Shown: positions 11,875-25,077, counted from the first letter of the whole stretch. The stretch is 63,350 nucleotides of DNA, filler included, from Reticulomyxa filosa (GCA_000512085.1; 23 parts of 23 records of this genome joined end to end with filler, not necessarily neighbours in it); one strand, 5' to 3'. A program made the numbers and translations. The notes: generated by a model not told the origin, from the letters alone.

Positions 11875-13140
11875 CTAATAATTTCTCCAAATTGGACATG
11901 TTGTCTAGATCTCTTTTTTGATCATTGATGATAACATAGATGTTAATATCATTCAATAAATCATAGGCACTGATCTTCGTTACGTTCGTTCCATAAAATT
12001 CAACAGCTGAAAGTTTTGATGATATATTCATAGCACGAGAACATTCAAATAACTTATCCACAATAAACCGTAACATTGGTGTAGCAGGATTCGTTATTAG
12101 TGACTAATCGCTTGTGTATTGTTGGCCATACAAAAAGAATATATTATAGAAGCTTTCAAGGGCTGTAATGATTGACGGGTTTGCAATTTGCGAAATAACG
12201 TTAATAAATGTCAGCCAACACATCAAGCTTTGTCAAAGGGATAGTATCTGCATCCTTTTGAAGTCGTGCCCATTCTAGTCGAAACTATATTATTAGTGAC
12301 GTTGATATATTGCTTAATATTGTTAAAAATATCTATGTCCACAATGTTTGTGTACGCTTTGATTATGTTACCATTTTGGAGCCCGGTCCATGTGATAGTA
12401 CTTACTTTGCCTTCTGAATAAGCCATTGGTGGACCGATATTGTAATTTAGAACACTGTTGGATGGTCTTGCAGTCATTTCCACTATGTAAGCTATTTTCG
12501 ATTGAATTGATGATGAAATGCATATTGTGTCACTGCCAGCATCCATTATGTACGCAACACATGATAACAGTGGGTCCAATGCATTTTACTTATTATCAAT
12601 ACTTTCACTTGAGGCAATATTTGTGAGTGAAGTCTTATATTCGGTCATATGGAGATACCCACTTGTTGCTAATCGTTAATACGCTTATGTTACTAGCATT
12701 GTCAATGATTGTTGATTTACGTGAAAGCATTTGGTCCATTTGTGGCTAATCACTGGTTTGATCCTCTTTGAAGCTTCGTTACAATGGGCAGGATTTATAT
12801 CGCTCGCCTCTAAATTGCACCTCGCCACTCAAGTGGTGAAATCAATATCTTTGGTTTCAGGGTCAGATTCGATCTCGAACTCATTAAGTGGTTCTAATAC
12901 TTCGCTAGATGCTCCAAAGTCGTCGTCGTTTTCCTTATTGTCGCCTCTAGCAATTTCGGTGCTGAAATATGTGTTTTCTCGATAGAACGTGATGTTTCGC
13001 AGTTTACAATCATGACTGCTGTTGATTTGGTTGTCAATTGCCAGATTGCGGGCCGGATTGCCATTAGCATGTGTGTGAGGCTGTAGAACTATACACCTTG
13101 TGATTGCTGCTTCCTCTACTTGATGTTCAAATACATCCTC
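11875..13140 (-). pseudogene. Decayed coding region, possibly the reverse transcriptase of a non-LTR retroelement
   Basis: Long stop-interrupted frames, more GC-rich than the flanks; weak RT-like segments PFDKA*CVG*HLL, ATPMLRFIVDKL and KISAYDLLNDINIY. Confidence 0.3.
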
Positions 13141-14450
13141 GACGCTCGTAAAAAATTAAGTAAAAGTTTATTAAAATGGGTTAAATATATAAACAAAGTA
13201 AATGGAACTATAAAGTGTCCAAAAGCGTTTAGTTTTGTTTGAAAATGAAAAATAAATTATGAAATAAAACAAATAACAAAAAGTAAAAGCTGTTATTATT
13301 TAAAAAAAAAGTGCAGCAAAATGCAATATTAACAACAGGCAAAGTTCCATATGAACAAAAAACTCTTTTTTTCTTTAACAACATTCAACATCTTCTCATT
13401 ACTTTTATGTTTTCTTATTTCTTTGAAAGTGAGTTGTTTATCTCTTTATTATGTAACTGTTTTTGTTTTCCGTTTCAAAAAATCTACTAACAAATACTTT
13501 CGTATTACACTTAGTGCTACTTTACGAAAAAAAAACCAAACAAAGTGTCAGTAATCAATTTTAAAAAAAAGGAAAAAAAAGGTAAAACAAAAAAAAATGG
13601 CGCCACCACGTGCAGTAAAATTCAACCTTTAAAAAAAAGCAATTGAAGGTAAAAGCGAAAAAAAAATTTTGCCTTTTTTTTTTCTTTTCTCTTCCATTAC
13701 TTTTTTTTGTTTCATAAACTAGATGTAAGTAGAAATCTATCCGTGAAATCCCTAGGTTCGAGACTCTATTAATGAGATATACAGATGTCTTACAAGTTTT
13801 AGCATATTGCAAAATGCCTCATTCCGAAGATCGTGTTTAAGGACATAATTGAAAATGCAAAGCATTATTTAACGTTTTGGTGTTATTCAAGACCATTTAA
13901 ATCAAAAATCAGAATATAAAGAAAAGAAAAACAATCAAGGACTAGCAAAGAGAATAAAAACAATAGCGATTGGCAAAAATGAAAAAACCCCAAAATCGTT
14001 GAAGACTCAATCTTTGACATGCTATTCCATTTTTGAAACCAAAAAATTGCACACGATTTCTGAGAATTTCAAGTATAAAAGTATACGTAAGAATGAACAA
14101 ATACAAATGCACCTATGCATTTGAATATAATTTTATTGAATGTTAACATGTTACAGCTGCTTGTTCGATTGTTTGACACAAACGCACGCAAAATATTGAC
14201 TAAAATTGCATTTACACGCATTCACAAATGGTGTGAACTGCTTTCAGCAGTGTTTCGCAATCACATTTTGTGAACGGGTTGATATCAATCGAACACACTA
14301 TTNNNNNNNNNNNNNNNNNNNNNNNNNNNNNNNNNNNNNNNNNNNNTTAATTAATTAANNNNNNNNNNNNNNNNNNNNNNNNNNNNNNNNNNNNNNNNNN
14401 NNATATAATATATATATATAATTAATTTAAATTTAAAAATTAAAAAATAA

Positions 14451-14512
<62 letters not shown>

Positions 14513-14529
14513 AAATAAATAAATGATAG

Positions 14530-15700
14530 CCCATTTCCTTATATGAACGGCACGCTGCATTTGGGACATGCTTTCACGCTGACGAAGGCAGAGTTCGCGG
14601 CGGGGTATCAACGGCTGAAAGGGAAGAATGTTTTGTTCCCTTTTGGATTCCATTGCACTGGAATGCCTATCGCCGCTTGCGCACAAAAAATACGTGAGGA
14701 AATGCAACGCTTTGGAAACCCACCTGTTTTTCCCAAAATTGGTATTTTTCTATTGTTCATACGTATACATATACATACATAATGTATGTATACGTAACAT
14801 ATGTATACATGTATGTATGAGTGCACTCTTATATATGTACATTATATAATGAACAGAAGAGAAAGAGTCCGAAAAAGAGGAAGAAGATGGAGAAAAAGAA
14901 GAACAAGAAGAAGAAGAAGAAGAGAATGAGAGAGAAGAAGAAGGGAATAAAAAGAGAAAAGGAAAAGGCAAAGCGCAGAGCAAAAAAGCACGCGGGAAAT
15001 ATCAATGGGAAATAATGCGTGACTTTGGATTGAATGACAACGAGATTAGCAGGTTTGGTGATCCCATGAATTGGCTCGACTACTTTCCAAAACGCGGAAT
15101 GGAACACTTGCAACGCTTCGGCTTGAAGGCTGACTGGAGAAGGTCTTTCATCACCACCGATGCCAATCCTTATTACGACTCCTTCATTCAATGGCAATTC
15201 AAACATTTATACGATTTCGGAAAAATTGTTTTCGGAAAAAGGTCTTTTTATATTCATATATAATATATATATATAATAAAAGAACCTTTTTATTTGTTAC
15301 AGAGAGTGTGTATTTTCGCCGAAAGAGAAACAACCTTGCGCGGATCATGACCGTGCCAAAGGAGAAGGATTGGGTCCCCAGCAGTATACGTTGATTAAAA
15401 TGGAAATCACCAAAGACTCAACCCCTTTCACTAAAAGTTTCATTATACATATATATATGCACATATTTACATACGTGCATACGTATACGCATATACATAT
15501 ATATGTATATATAATATACACATTGCAGAAAATGGTGACAAATTGGCATCGTTATTTTCCTCGGGTAAGAAAGTATTCTTGGTCGCGGCGACGTTACGTC
15601 CAGAGACAATGTTTGGACAGACCAATTGTTTTGTTTTGCCTCGTGGCAAATACATCGCCATGCCAACGAAACAAGGGGAAATCTACATCACCAGGTTTGG

Positions 15701-15734
<34 letters not shown>

Positions 15735-16266
15735 GTACTTGCATACGTGCTCGTGCACGTACAGTGCTGACATGCAAATACGTACACATAACCCTCTCCT
15801 TCAAAAAAACAACAATATATATATATATGTATGTGTGTAATGGGGAATAAGTGAGCACGGAGCACAAAACATGGCGTGGCAAGGGTTTACGTCGAATACG
15901 GGCGAGTACGACAAATGTGTGGAATTGGAAGGATGGGACTTGCTGGGACGCAAAGTGAAAGCACCAAACGCGGTGAAATACGACCACGTGTACGTGTTGC
16001 CATTGCTGAGCATCCGCATGAGCAAAGGCACGGGAGTCGTCACGAGCGTGCCCAGCGACGCGCCCATGGACTACGCCGCGCTGCGAGACGCCCAAAGCGA
16101 CGCGCAGTTCCGCAAAAAGTATTATTTGGAAGACCACATGGTGGCCGACTTCCACCCTGTACCCATCATCGCCATCGAGACGAAAGACTTTTCGAGCACA
16201 CAAGCCGCTGTCGATTTAGTGGAAAAAGAGCAAGTTTAGTTTCTTTCCCAAAAAAAAAAAAAAAAA
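14530..16266 (+). CDS. LARS1: Leucyl-tRNA synthetase, cytosolic type, N-terminal part with ~5 exons
   Basis: [13 protein letters not shown] (HIGH motif), [78 protein letters not shown] (CP1 editing domain). Confidence 0.97.
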
Positions 16267-16366
16267 NNNNNNNNNNNNNNNNNNNNNNNNNNNNNNNNNN
16301 NNNNNNNNNNTTAATTAATTAANNNNNNNNNNNNNNNNNNNNNNNNNNNNNNNNNNNNNNNNNNNN

Positions 16367-17137
16367 AAATATTGATTGACAACCATTAGATGAAAATTCT
16401 ATAACAAGAACAGCAAAATTTGGTGATTGAAGCATTTTAATCTAGTCATGTTTTGGAGTATTATAAACAGGTTACGCTTGCAAGGTGGAAGGTGGAGTAA
16501 ATACTGATGTATTAAAGAAATTTTATCTGACGAAATGCTAAATAGCGTCAATTGCTGTTTAGAAAATAATGATAATTGGATTTTCCAGCAAGATAATGCA
16601 ACATGCCATAAATCGGAAAAAAATATGAAATAGTTAAAGCAAAAAAAAATTAAAACGTGAATTTTCCTCCAAATTCACACGATTTAAATCCAATTGAAAA
16701 TCTTTGGTGGATAGTAAATACAAGGATTCACAAAAAAGGACCATTTAATACTCGTAAGAACTTTGTAATCAATTCGAAACAAAATGTGAAAAAATAGAAA
16801 CAAACATTTGTGAAACCTTAATAAAGTCGATTCCAAAGAGAATACATGCGTTAAAAAATCCAAATGAGATTTAGCACGTTGAATTAAATTTTAAAAAACA
16901 AATCTTATCATAATCAGGCAGCCACAAAAAAATTTTTTAAAGTAAATGAAAGATTAAAATTTTTAAAAAAATTAGAAAGACTTAATAAAAAACTAAATTC
17001 AAAATGATATTTAAAAACTACACGATTCATATATATTTTTTTAAAAAAAATTTTGATTAAATGTTATTTTTTCATGGAGAAACACAATCATCTATATAAG
17101 GTGGCATTTTAGGTATCAACTTTCTTTTATCCTACTG
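16367..17137 (+). mobile_element. Tc1/mariner DNA transposon, 3' half, with a DD34E transposase pseudogene and right TIR (...CCTACTG|TA)
   Basis: WIFQQDNATCHKS (D codon at 16592) and FPPNSHDLNPIENLWW (E codon at 16696) lie 104 nt apart, i.e. DD34E minus 1 nt; stops and frameshifts; terminal ACTG followed by TA at 17138-17139. Confidence 0.92.
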
Positions 17138-17883
17138 TATAAAATTTGTGTGATATGTTAGTATCGGAAACGCTTTTGAACACATTTTTCAAAACGTCCA
17201 ACTTTGTTTGCCACTTCAACTAAGTAGCTGCCGTTTTATGTTATCTTATCTGAGTTCGAGTTGCAATTATTAATTCATAAAAAATAAACTCATTTCAACA
17301 AAAAAGTTTAAAAGTGCTTTTAATGTGAACTTTTCTTCCCTTTTTCTGCGGTTGCTCACCTTTTCTGACTATCTTTTTTTCTTTTTAGCAATTGTTTCTT
17401 TGTGATTATTTCTAATTGACAGATTTAAAGTAATATTTTAAATTTTGCAACTTCGCTGTAAATGTCTTCTTATATTGCAACATTTTCTCTCACTCTTTTT
17501 TTTTCTTACGAAAACAGTTTCTCTGCCAAAAAAGTTCACATTAACCAAAAACCATAATAATGTGCACGTATGTTGCCGGAGTTATGAGAAAATGTGATGA
17601 CTGGCTTTGAAGCTGATAGCTTTGGAAAATATAGAATATGATTGCGCATTGGTGTTTGAGGGACAGTGTTCTTCCTCCTTGTCGTTTCTTATGGCCTTGG
17701 AGGCTGTAGTTGCTTTTTGGACTTACCATGCAGATATCATAGTGTTTGTCCAATAAGTTTAAGAAATTTATTTATATGTTTTTNNNNNNNNNNNNNNNNN
17801 NNNNNNNNNNNNNNNNNNNNNNNNNNNTTAATTAATTAANNNNNNNNNNNNNNNNNNNNNNNNNNNNNNNNNNNNNNNNNNNN

Positions 17884-18299
17884 GGGTCACATGAACGATG
17901 CTGCACTATAAAGCGTGAGGAGGTGGTGATAAACATTGCGTTCGTTTGATCGACTGGCTCTAACACGTCCGCTGCATCGCACACGTAACATGTGAGATTG
18001 TTTGTTGTACCTTGCCCAGTGCTCGTGGTCTGATTTGCACTGTATTGGGTACAGTATTTGTAATCTCGTGGTTTTACCACTTGTTGCGGACTTGCAAGAA
18101 GAGTTGACACTGACGCCACGGGTATGTACAACTCATAGTAACTTTGGTTCTGTACAAACACCTGCCAGATGACTATGCCCAAGATAGTCGACACAGAAAT
18201 CCACCTTAATAATCCTAACCATCTATTTTTTACCTTGACAACTTTTACTGTGTGATATGCCAAACAATCATCGGCATGACACAACAAAACTTCCTTCAT
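17884..18299 (-). CDS. P2X-family ATP-gated ion channel, N-terminal part (3' end cut by the contig edge)
   Basis: AYHTVKVVKVKNRWLGLL fits YxTxK...LG; TM1 follows, then SYYELYIPVASVSTLLASP and a later MFITTS; this is the layout of Dictyostelium-type P2X. Confidence 0.8.
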
Positions 18300-19102
18300 C
18301 CTTACCTTTTTCGCCCCTCCGCCAAAGAAACTAAAAGTTGGAACTACAGCAGCTTTTGAAAATTAGCCACTCTTGTTTTTTCACGTTAATATGATGCGTA
18401 ATTTTATTATGCGTTCATTTAAAATCGAGATTGAGAAAAATCTCGTTTCAGCTGTTATTTTTTTATATCTTGCGCTGTTATTCACGTTGTACCTTTAGAT
18501 CGTCCTTGATCTGCCTCATCAATTTTGATTTTCTTTGATACTACTTGGAACCTAAAAGGAAAGTTTTTAGTTGAAATTTAAAATGACGGTGCTGACAGCA
18601 AAAAACGTTTTGGTTAAATAAGACTTTTCCAATTGTAATGATATGTTGTTAGCTATTATTGTTTCACAAGTACATTACTACTAACACGCAAAAAGACATA
18701 GAAAATTATCAAGTCAATTTTAGGAAATTAACTTCATATAACAAATATCAAATTATGATAAATTGATGAATTTGATAAAATTATTGCACATTATGTTAAG
18801 TGACTTTATTGTTTGAAGAAAATGTGCTTGTGACGTCTGTTGATAAGATACTACACTAAACGTAGTACGAACAGTTTTACTAAAAAAGATATCTGTTTTC
18901 GATAAAACAAAAGTAAATTAAGTAAATGTAAGATGAATAACACAATAAAAGAAAGAAAACAAACAAAGATTGAAGAAAAGTTAGTGGAGAAGTTTAACCC
19001 ACTGGGGCCTCCTAAACTCTTTCAGAGTTCGTTAACGTATATTATGGACTTGCCCTACACGTGATATTTTTTGACCAAAATATATATTACTTTGTTTTTG
19101 TG

Positions 19103-19445
19103 CAGTAGAATGCAAAGTAAAGTTGACACATAAAACGGTACCTTATATAAATATTGATTTTCTTCATGAAAAAACAGCACTCAGGCCTAATTTTTTTTAA
19201 AAAATATCTACGAATCATATAGTTTCAAATATCATTTTAATTTTTAAATCTTTCATAATTGTTTAAAAAATTTGAATATTTTATTGATTTTGAAAATTTT
19301 CGAGAAAAAAGTTGACAATGTGACTGTCGTACCATTAAATTTGACAACTTTTTTTAAAGCATTTTCAGAAAGTGCTAAATGCGTATATTTTTAAAAAATT
19401 AGGTCTGAATGTTGTTTTTTCATGAAGAAAATCAATCGTCTCGTA
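19103..19445. mobile_element. MITE-like non-autonomous Tc1 derivative
   Basis: Begins CAGTAG at 19103; ~19155-19208 (ttgattttcttcatgaaaaaacagcactcaggcctaatttt) is the near-perfect inverted repeat of ~19385-19434; no internal ORF. Confidence 0.75.
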
Positions 19446-20327
19446 CATTCAACTAGTCTAAGTATTTTAAGTTGTTGAAAGTGCTACTACAGTAGATTGC
19501 AAAAAAAACCGNNNNNNNNNNNNNNNNNNNNNNNNNNNNNNNNNNNNNNNNNNNNTTAATTAATTAANNNNNNNNNNNNNNNNNNNNNNNNNNNNNNNNN
19601 NNNNNNNNNNNTTTTTTTTTTTTGGCTCTTTTTAGTGTTTTTTTTTATTGTTGATTTGGTGACACACCACTTGTCAGTAAACTGGAATAAACAATAAAAA
19701 AAAATTGTCCAGAAACATTTTGCTATTCTTCCTTGGATGCATTTTCTCTGCAACATGAATGACCTCTTTTTTCCAAAAAAAATTCTTTTTATTGGGAAAT
19801 GAGGATCAAATGCGTACTTACAAAACAAAGTTCAATTGTGTACATTACTAGGGAACAGTACCAAAAAATGAAAAATTTTTAAGGTGATAATGTCCTCCAA
19901 TAACTCCAAGTTGCACACAGAAAAGACATTACATGTTTATCACTGGCAAAAGTATCTTATAAAAATAAAATTTGATCAAAATAAAAGTAAATTGATAAAA
20001 TTTGGTCAAAATCATTACCTTATTTTTTCATTTTTTTTTAAAAACAGTTTGAAATTCGAGTGTGTCAAAACTTAGCATTATTAATCACTTTTTCCACTTT
20101 ATCAAAAAAAGTGTTCGGTATATGTTATGAGTTTATGAAAATAAATTTATTAATTTTAAGAAGTGAAAAAATATTTATTTGCTTTGCAAAAAGGTAGACG
20201 CTGTTATTTAATTATTCAAACTAAAACTTATCATTGTTCTTAAATATTCAAAACTTTCAGTGAAACTTTAACAAACATTGGCTACAAAAAAAGTTTTTGG
20301 TTTTCCCATGAATATTTAAATCACAAT

Positions 20328-21035
20328 ATGACAAAGTTGAATAGTCAGGAATATCAGCTTTCCTCTCAAGTTGTTGCTGCAAGCATTGTAAATGCCTTGA
20401 ATAATCAAAATACACTTTTATCACAAGTGGACTCGGAACATACAAGGCACTTATTTAGAATAACACACACAACAATTATAGCTGTTTTTTTTTTTTCCTT
20501 AAAAACAAGACAAAAAAAAAAGAGTGTTTGACTTTTTTGATGAATTATAGAATGTGGTATTTATCCATTCTAGACGACACAGAACTCGACACAATGGAAA
20601 AGAAGCGTCGTGTGTATGCAGACGTTGTTTTGCCAGCAAAGAAAGATTTGGGTTAGTCAATAAAAAAAAAAAAGTGTTTCCATCTTTTTTTTTTTTTTTG
20701 ACATAGGAGGAAAAAAAAAAGGTGTCAGTGAAATAATAATGATAATAATGATAAAAAAAAAAAAAAATAAAGAAAAAGAAAAAAAAATAAAGCAAGAACA
20801 CGAAAGTAGGGAAAACGAATTGAATGACAAAGCGAATCGGAGTTGTTCTGAAGAGCATTGGTTGGAGTATGTGATAATCGACGATAAGGAATTTAAGGCA
20901 TTGCAAGCAAAGCAAAGCCAATCCACCGAGGATTGGTTTGAATCAATGAACGAACACCATTCCAAAATGAGATTGGATGACAGTGATAATGATGACAGTC
21001 ATACGAATAATGGCAACGACAATGAGAATGATAAT

Positions 21036-21087
<52 letters not shown>

Positions 21088-21558
21088 TGTACAAACAGGA
21101 ACCCAATTTCAAAAATGTCCGCAATAAAATTCAATGCCACAAATATTGCAACGATTGGCCGTTCTTGCACGAATGACATAGTAATCCATCCCAATAAGGA
21201 AGTGAGTCGGATCCATTGCTATTTATTTAAAATAGACAACTCGTTGGTATTTTTGGACTCTTGGAGTTTGTATGGGACGTGGACGGTGGAAAGATCTACC
21301 GGACCGCAATGCTTGCGCAGTGTGCCCAATGAAAGGCATATCCTCACTTTTGGCATTCACGAAACTATACATATTCAACTTGGTCCACGCTGCCATATTG
21401 TTTTCAACCCTAGGCTTTGTCCTACTTGTTCGGGAAACAATCCGGATGTCCGTTCCAAATTTCAAAAGTCTCCGTTATCAAACAACTTTTCTCAACGTGC
21501 TAATACTGTCCCCTCAAAAAAAGAGCAAAGATGCTCCATTTGTGCTGCCAAAATTTGA
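20328..21558 (+). CDS. FHA-domain protein, spliced, with an unresolved frame change around an (AAT)n tract
   Basis: ATIGRSCTNDIVI...VSRIHCYLF...FLDSWSLYGTW matches the FHA GR / SxxH / SxNGT motifs; upstream exons are less certain. Confidence 0.75.
21037..21086 (+). repeat. (AAT)n microsatellite (poly-Asn in the upstream frame)
   Basis: Directly visible. Confidence 0.95.
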
Positions 21559-22835
21559 CTCGTTTGCGTCTATATCACAAACACATATTTTGGCTATTAG
21601 TTTTTGCTCTTTATTTACACGTTTGCCGTTTCTTTTGCAATGCTCTCTTTTTTTTTTTTTTGTTTATAAATAAATTTGTATCTCAAATTTATTTTCTATT
21701 AACTTAAATAGCAAAGTCAAATTAGATATTGCAATAAATAAACTTTAACAAAAAGGGAAACATAAAAAAAATTTATTCAATCAAACTATAAGATAATAAT
21801 CCATTATTTCACAAAGCTCTTTCACTAAGAAGCATTACAACATGTTGTGATGCTGTTTGTGAAATAAAACGTAATATTTCTGATATTGCAATCATTTCAT
21901 TCAGTTGCTATTTATTATATCAACTGCTAATGACAAAAAAATTCAATATTTTAAATCAAATGGATTTTATTGCTAATTTATCCAATCGATTTTTTGTGTA
22001 TTTAGTGTTATTTTTAAAGTTTGTGTATTATAAAGGCATGACCGTTTTGACTACTCTTTGCTTGTTACTATCATCATTTGTTTTTTTTGTCTTTTTTTGT
22101 TCAATGCCAAAATAATAAGAACTGAAATTTTTTTTTGTAGTAATATTTTTTTTAGTGAAAATTACTATTTTGTTAAATCGCCTTTTGCATTTTATAGTGC
22201 TAGTATTCGATATTGTATTGATCTTATTAAGCTTGAGTATGTTTCTTTATCAATTTTTCATATTTTAATTCATCTTTTACAAAGTTCTTCTTTTGATCTA
22301 AATGGTCCATTTTTTAATATTTTTGTTTTCAACATATTTTCGATTTTATTCATGTATGGAAAATTTGTAGTGAAATCAAATATTTTGATATTATTTTGAT
22401 CAAACTATTCTTTTACTATAATTGCTTTGTGACTAGTTGTATTATCTTGATGAAATATCAAATCTTTATTTTCTTCTGAACATCAATAAATATTTTTGAT
22501 CATTTTATCACATAGAATTTCTTTGTAAATATCACATTGACATCTATCAATTTTACATTCATAACCAGGTCATAACAATCCAAAGCAAAAACACACAAAA
22601 TTTGTTCTGTTACTTTTAACGAACGCCATTTTCTTAGTTTCTTCTTAATAAGTTTTTCATTCTTTAACGTTAGCATCAATTTACTCACATATTCATTAAC
22701 ATAAATTTTTTTTGCAACTTTGCAAAACTCTAGTCCTGACGCAACGATCAACAGCTTATCTTGTTAAAATTATCAAATTATCTAGTCATCTAAAAAAAAT
22801 TTAAAAAATTTTATTGAAATAATTAGTAAATATAT

Positions 22836-22906
22836 AATAAAAAACCAAAATGATATTTAAAAACTACAAGATTTGTATATATTTAAAAAAAAATAGGTCT
22901 GAATAC
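22836..22906 (+). mobile_element. Tc1-family terminal-repeat fragment
   Basis: aaaatgatatttaaaaactacaagatttg...aggtctgaat matches ~188-250 and ~17001-17040. Confidence 0.65.
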
Positions 22907-24683
22907 TTTTACTTATTGAGTTATTCATTTTGGTTATTTACTTTGTTTTACTGAAAGCCAATCTCAATTCGAGTAAACCTTTTCGTATTACATTTAGTGT
23001 AGCTCTCTACATTAGACACCCCACAGTTGTAAACTTTATTTTGCATTCCACTGTATATAATAATTGTATATTTACTACTGTTGGACGTCTGCTGATAGTA
23101 TTTGTGCACTAACTGTAATACTAGAGGTGTTTACTTACAAGAGGATCGGAGTTTCGTAAAACTAAAGTAATTTAAATAATAAAACAAGATAACAAAGAAA
23201 AGTAAAGAAAANNNNNNNNNNNNNNNNNNNNNNNNNNNNNNNNNNNNNNNNNNNNTTAATTAATTAANNNNNNNNNNNNNNNNNNNNNNNNNNNNNNNNN
23301 NNNNNNNNNNNTTTGCAATGGTTTTAATTCTTTTTAAAGAAGCTCAAAATTGTCAAATTTTATAAAAATGTAAAAACTACCAAAGTTGAGAATTTTCCTC
23401 GACATATTTTTTGATGATTTCGTTAGAAAAGGGAACCTACACAAACTTTGTAAATTTCTTTCCAAATTTATATTTTCAAACTTATTCTAACATAATAAGG
23501 TAATGTTCTCTTGGAAATTTAAAAAAGTTAACTTTCGCACAAAATTGATAATCTTCTAATTTACCATTTTCGTATGTAAGCACTATCGTATATACATGTA
23601 CTTATTGTTTAAATGGCTAATTACAATATTAGTATTTCTATTGCCGATACCATTGATAAGTAGATCATTGGTAAAGTTGGTATCATGTGTCAATGTGTTA
23701 TAAACTTTGGATGAAATTATTGTTAGTGTGACTAAGCTTAATTGAAGGGGGAAGATATAAATTGAAATGTTATATATAAATTTGTAAATCCTCCAACAAT
23801 TTCAAAGAATGTATCTATTTTATTATGTTAATGCTTTGTGAACATATTTTTAAAAAAACAAATGTAAACATCATGTCATTACTGGGAATAGCTATTCAAA
23901 TCTATTATTCATTTCTTTAGTTTCAATATAACGAAATAAAAACCCATTTAAGTAGTTCTCTATATGTATTAGTCTGTATTCATATTGTTACAAATATACT
24001 GCACGCAAAGTATTATGATGTTCATCATGTGTTTGGTTTCTAAATGGAGATATGGTATATGCATGTGAATGACTGGTCTTTTCTTTACTAAAAGGTAAGT
24101 CAAACGAAACTAGCACTCCTTTTCAATTTTTGACTTACTATTTATTTCATATACATGTAGAGAGAGAAAAACAAAAAAACTGAACATTTTAGCTGTTTTT
24201 AAGGCGTGATGCCCTTTGTTCGAGTCAAGTCTTTTTTTAAAAAAAGACCATTTGTATTGTGATTATTGGCTCACAAGCAGGAAGATCTGTGCAATTAAAA
24301 GAGCCATATGAAAAATGAGTAAAGAATCAATTGATTATTGTGGAGATTTAGGCACACAAGTGGTTCGGAGATGCGGTACGCAGCCCAAGAGGTACAAAGG
24401 ATTAAAATACTTTTTTTTTGTGGACTTTCAAAAGTGCTTCTTTAAAACAAACAATAGCACATGTATAAAGAACTTGGTGGACATACTGACAGCGTTTTTG
24501 GATCAACAAAGTNNNNNNNNNNNNNNNNNNNNNNNNNNNNNNNNNNNNNNNNNNNNTTAATTAATTAANNNNNNNNNNNNNNNNNNNNNNNNNNNNNNNN
24601 NNNNNNNNNNNNATGTGTATATATTTATTTATTTGCATTTAATGTGCACACATGATATTACTCGACTAATGAAAATTTGAAAC

Positions 24684-25042
24684 ATGAATGACGCAACAAC
24701 AAAAAAAGACGAGAAAGAAAGAGAATGGAAAGACAAGACGCAAATGGTGGCAGAGAAGTTGAAAGAAAAAATGGAAGAGTTGATAGAATACGAGCAGGTG
24801 GAGAGGGAGCAATTGGACGCGTTGGAAGTGGATCTAATAGAACAGGAGCAAGACTTGAAAGAAGAGCAAGACATTTTGATGGAGCAGAAGGAGTTGCAAG
24901 AGCGACTGTCGCAGCTGCAATCGGAAAACACGGCCATCTTGGATTATTTCCATCAACGCAAATCCCAACAAATGCACGACAACAATCCCAGCCACAATGA
25001 TCAAGACAATACCCCTACTATTACTGTTACAACTACGAATGC

Positions 25043-25077
<35 letters not shown>

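Noticed and set aside
21930-22760. F/I/L-rich plus-strand ORFs, and K/E-rich minus-strand fragments here and at ~33100-33520 and ~61030-61340
   Set aside because: These are AT-rich low-complexity frames with many stops; they may be decayed coiled-coil genes, but no family can be supported.
24315-24512. Short ORF start at the contig end (also 52160-52540)
   Set aside because: Too short and without motifs to support any product call.
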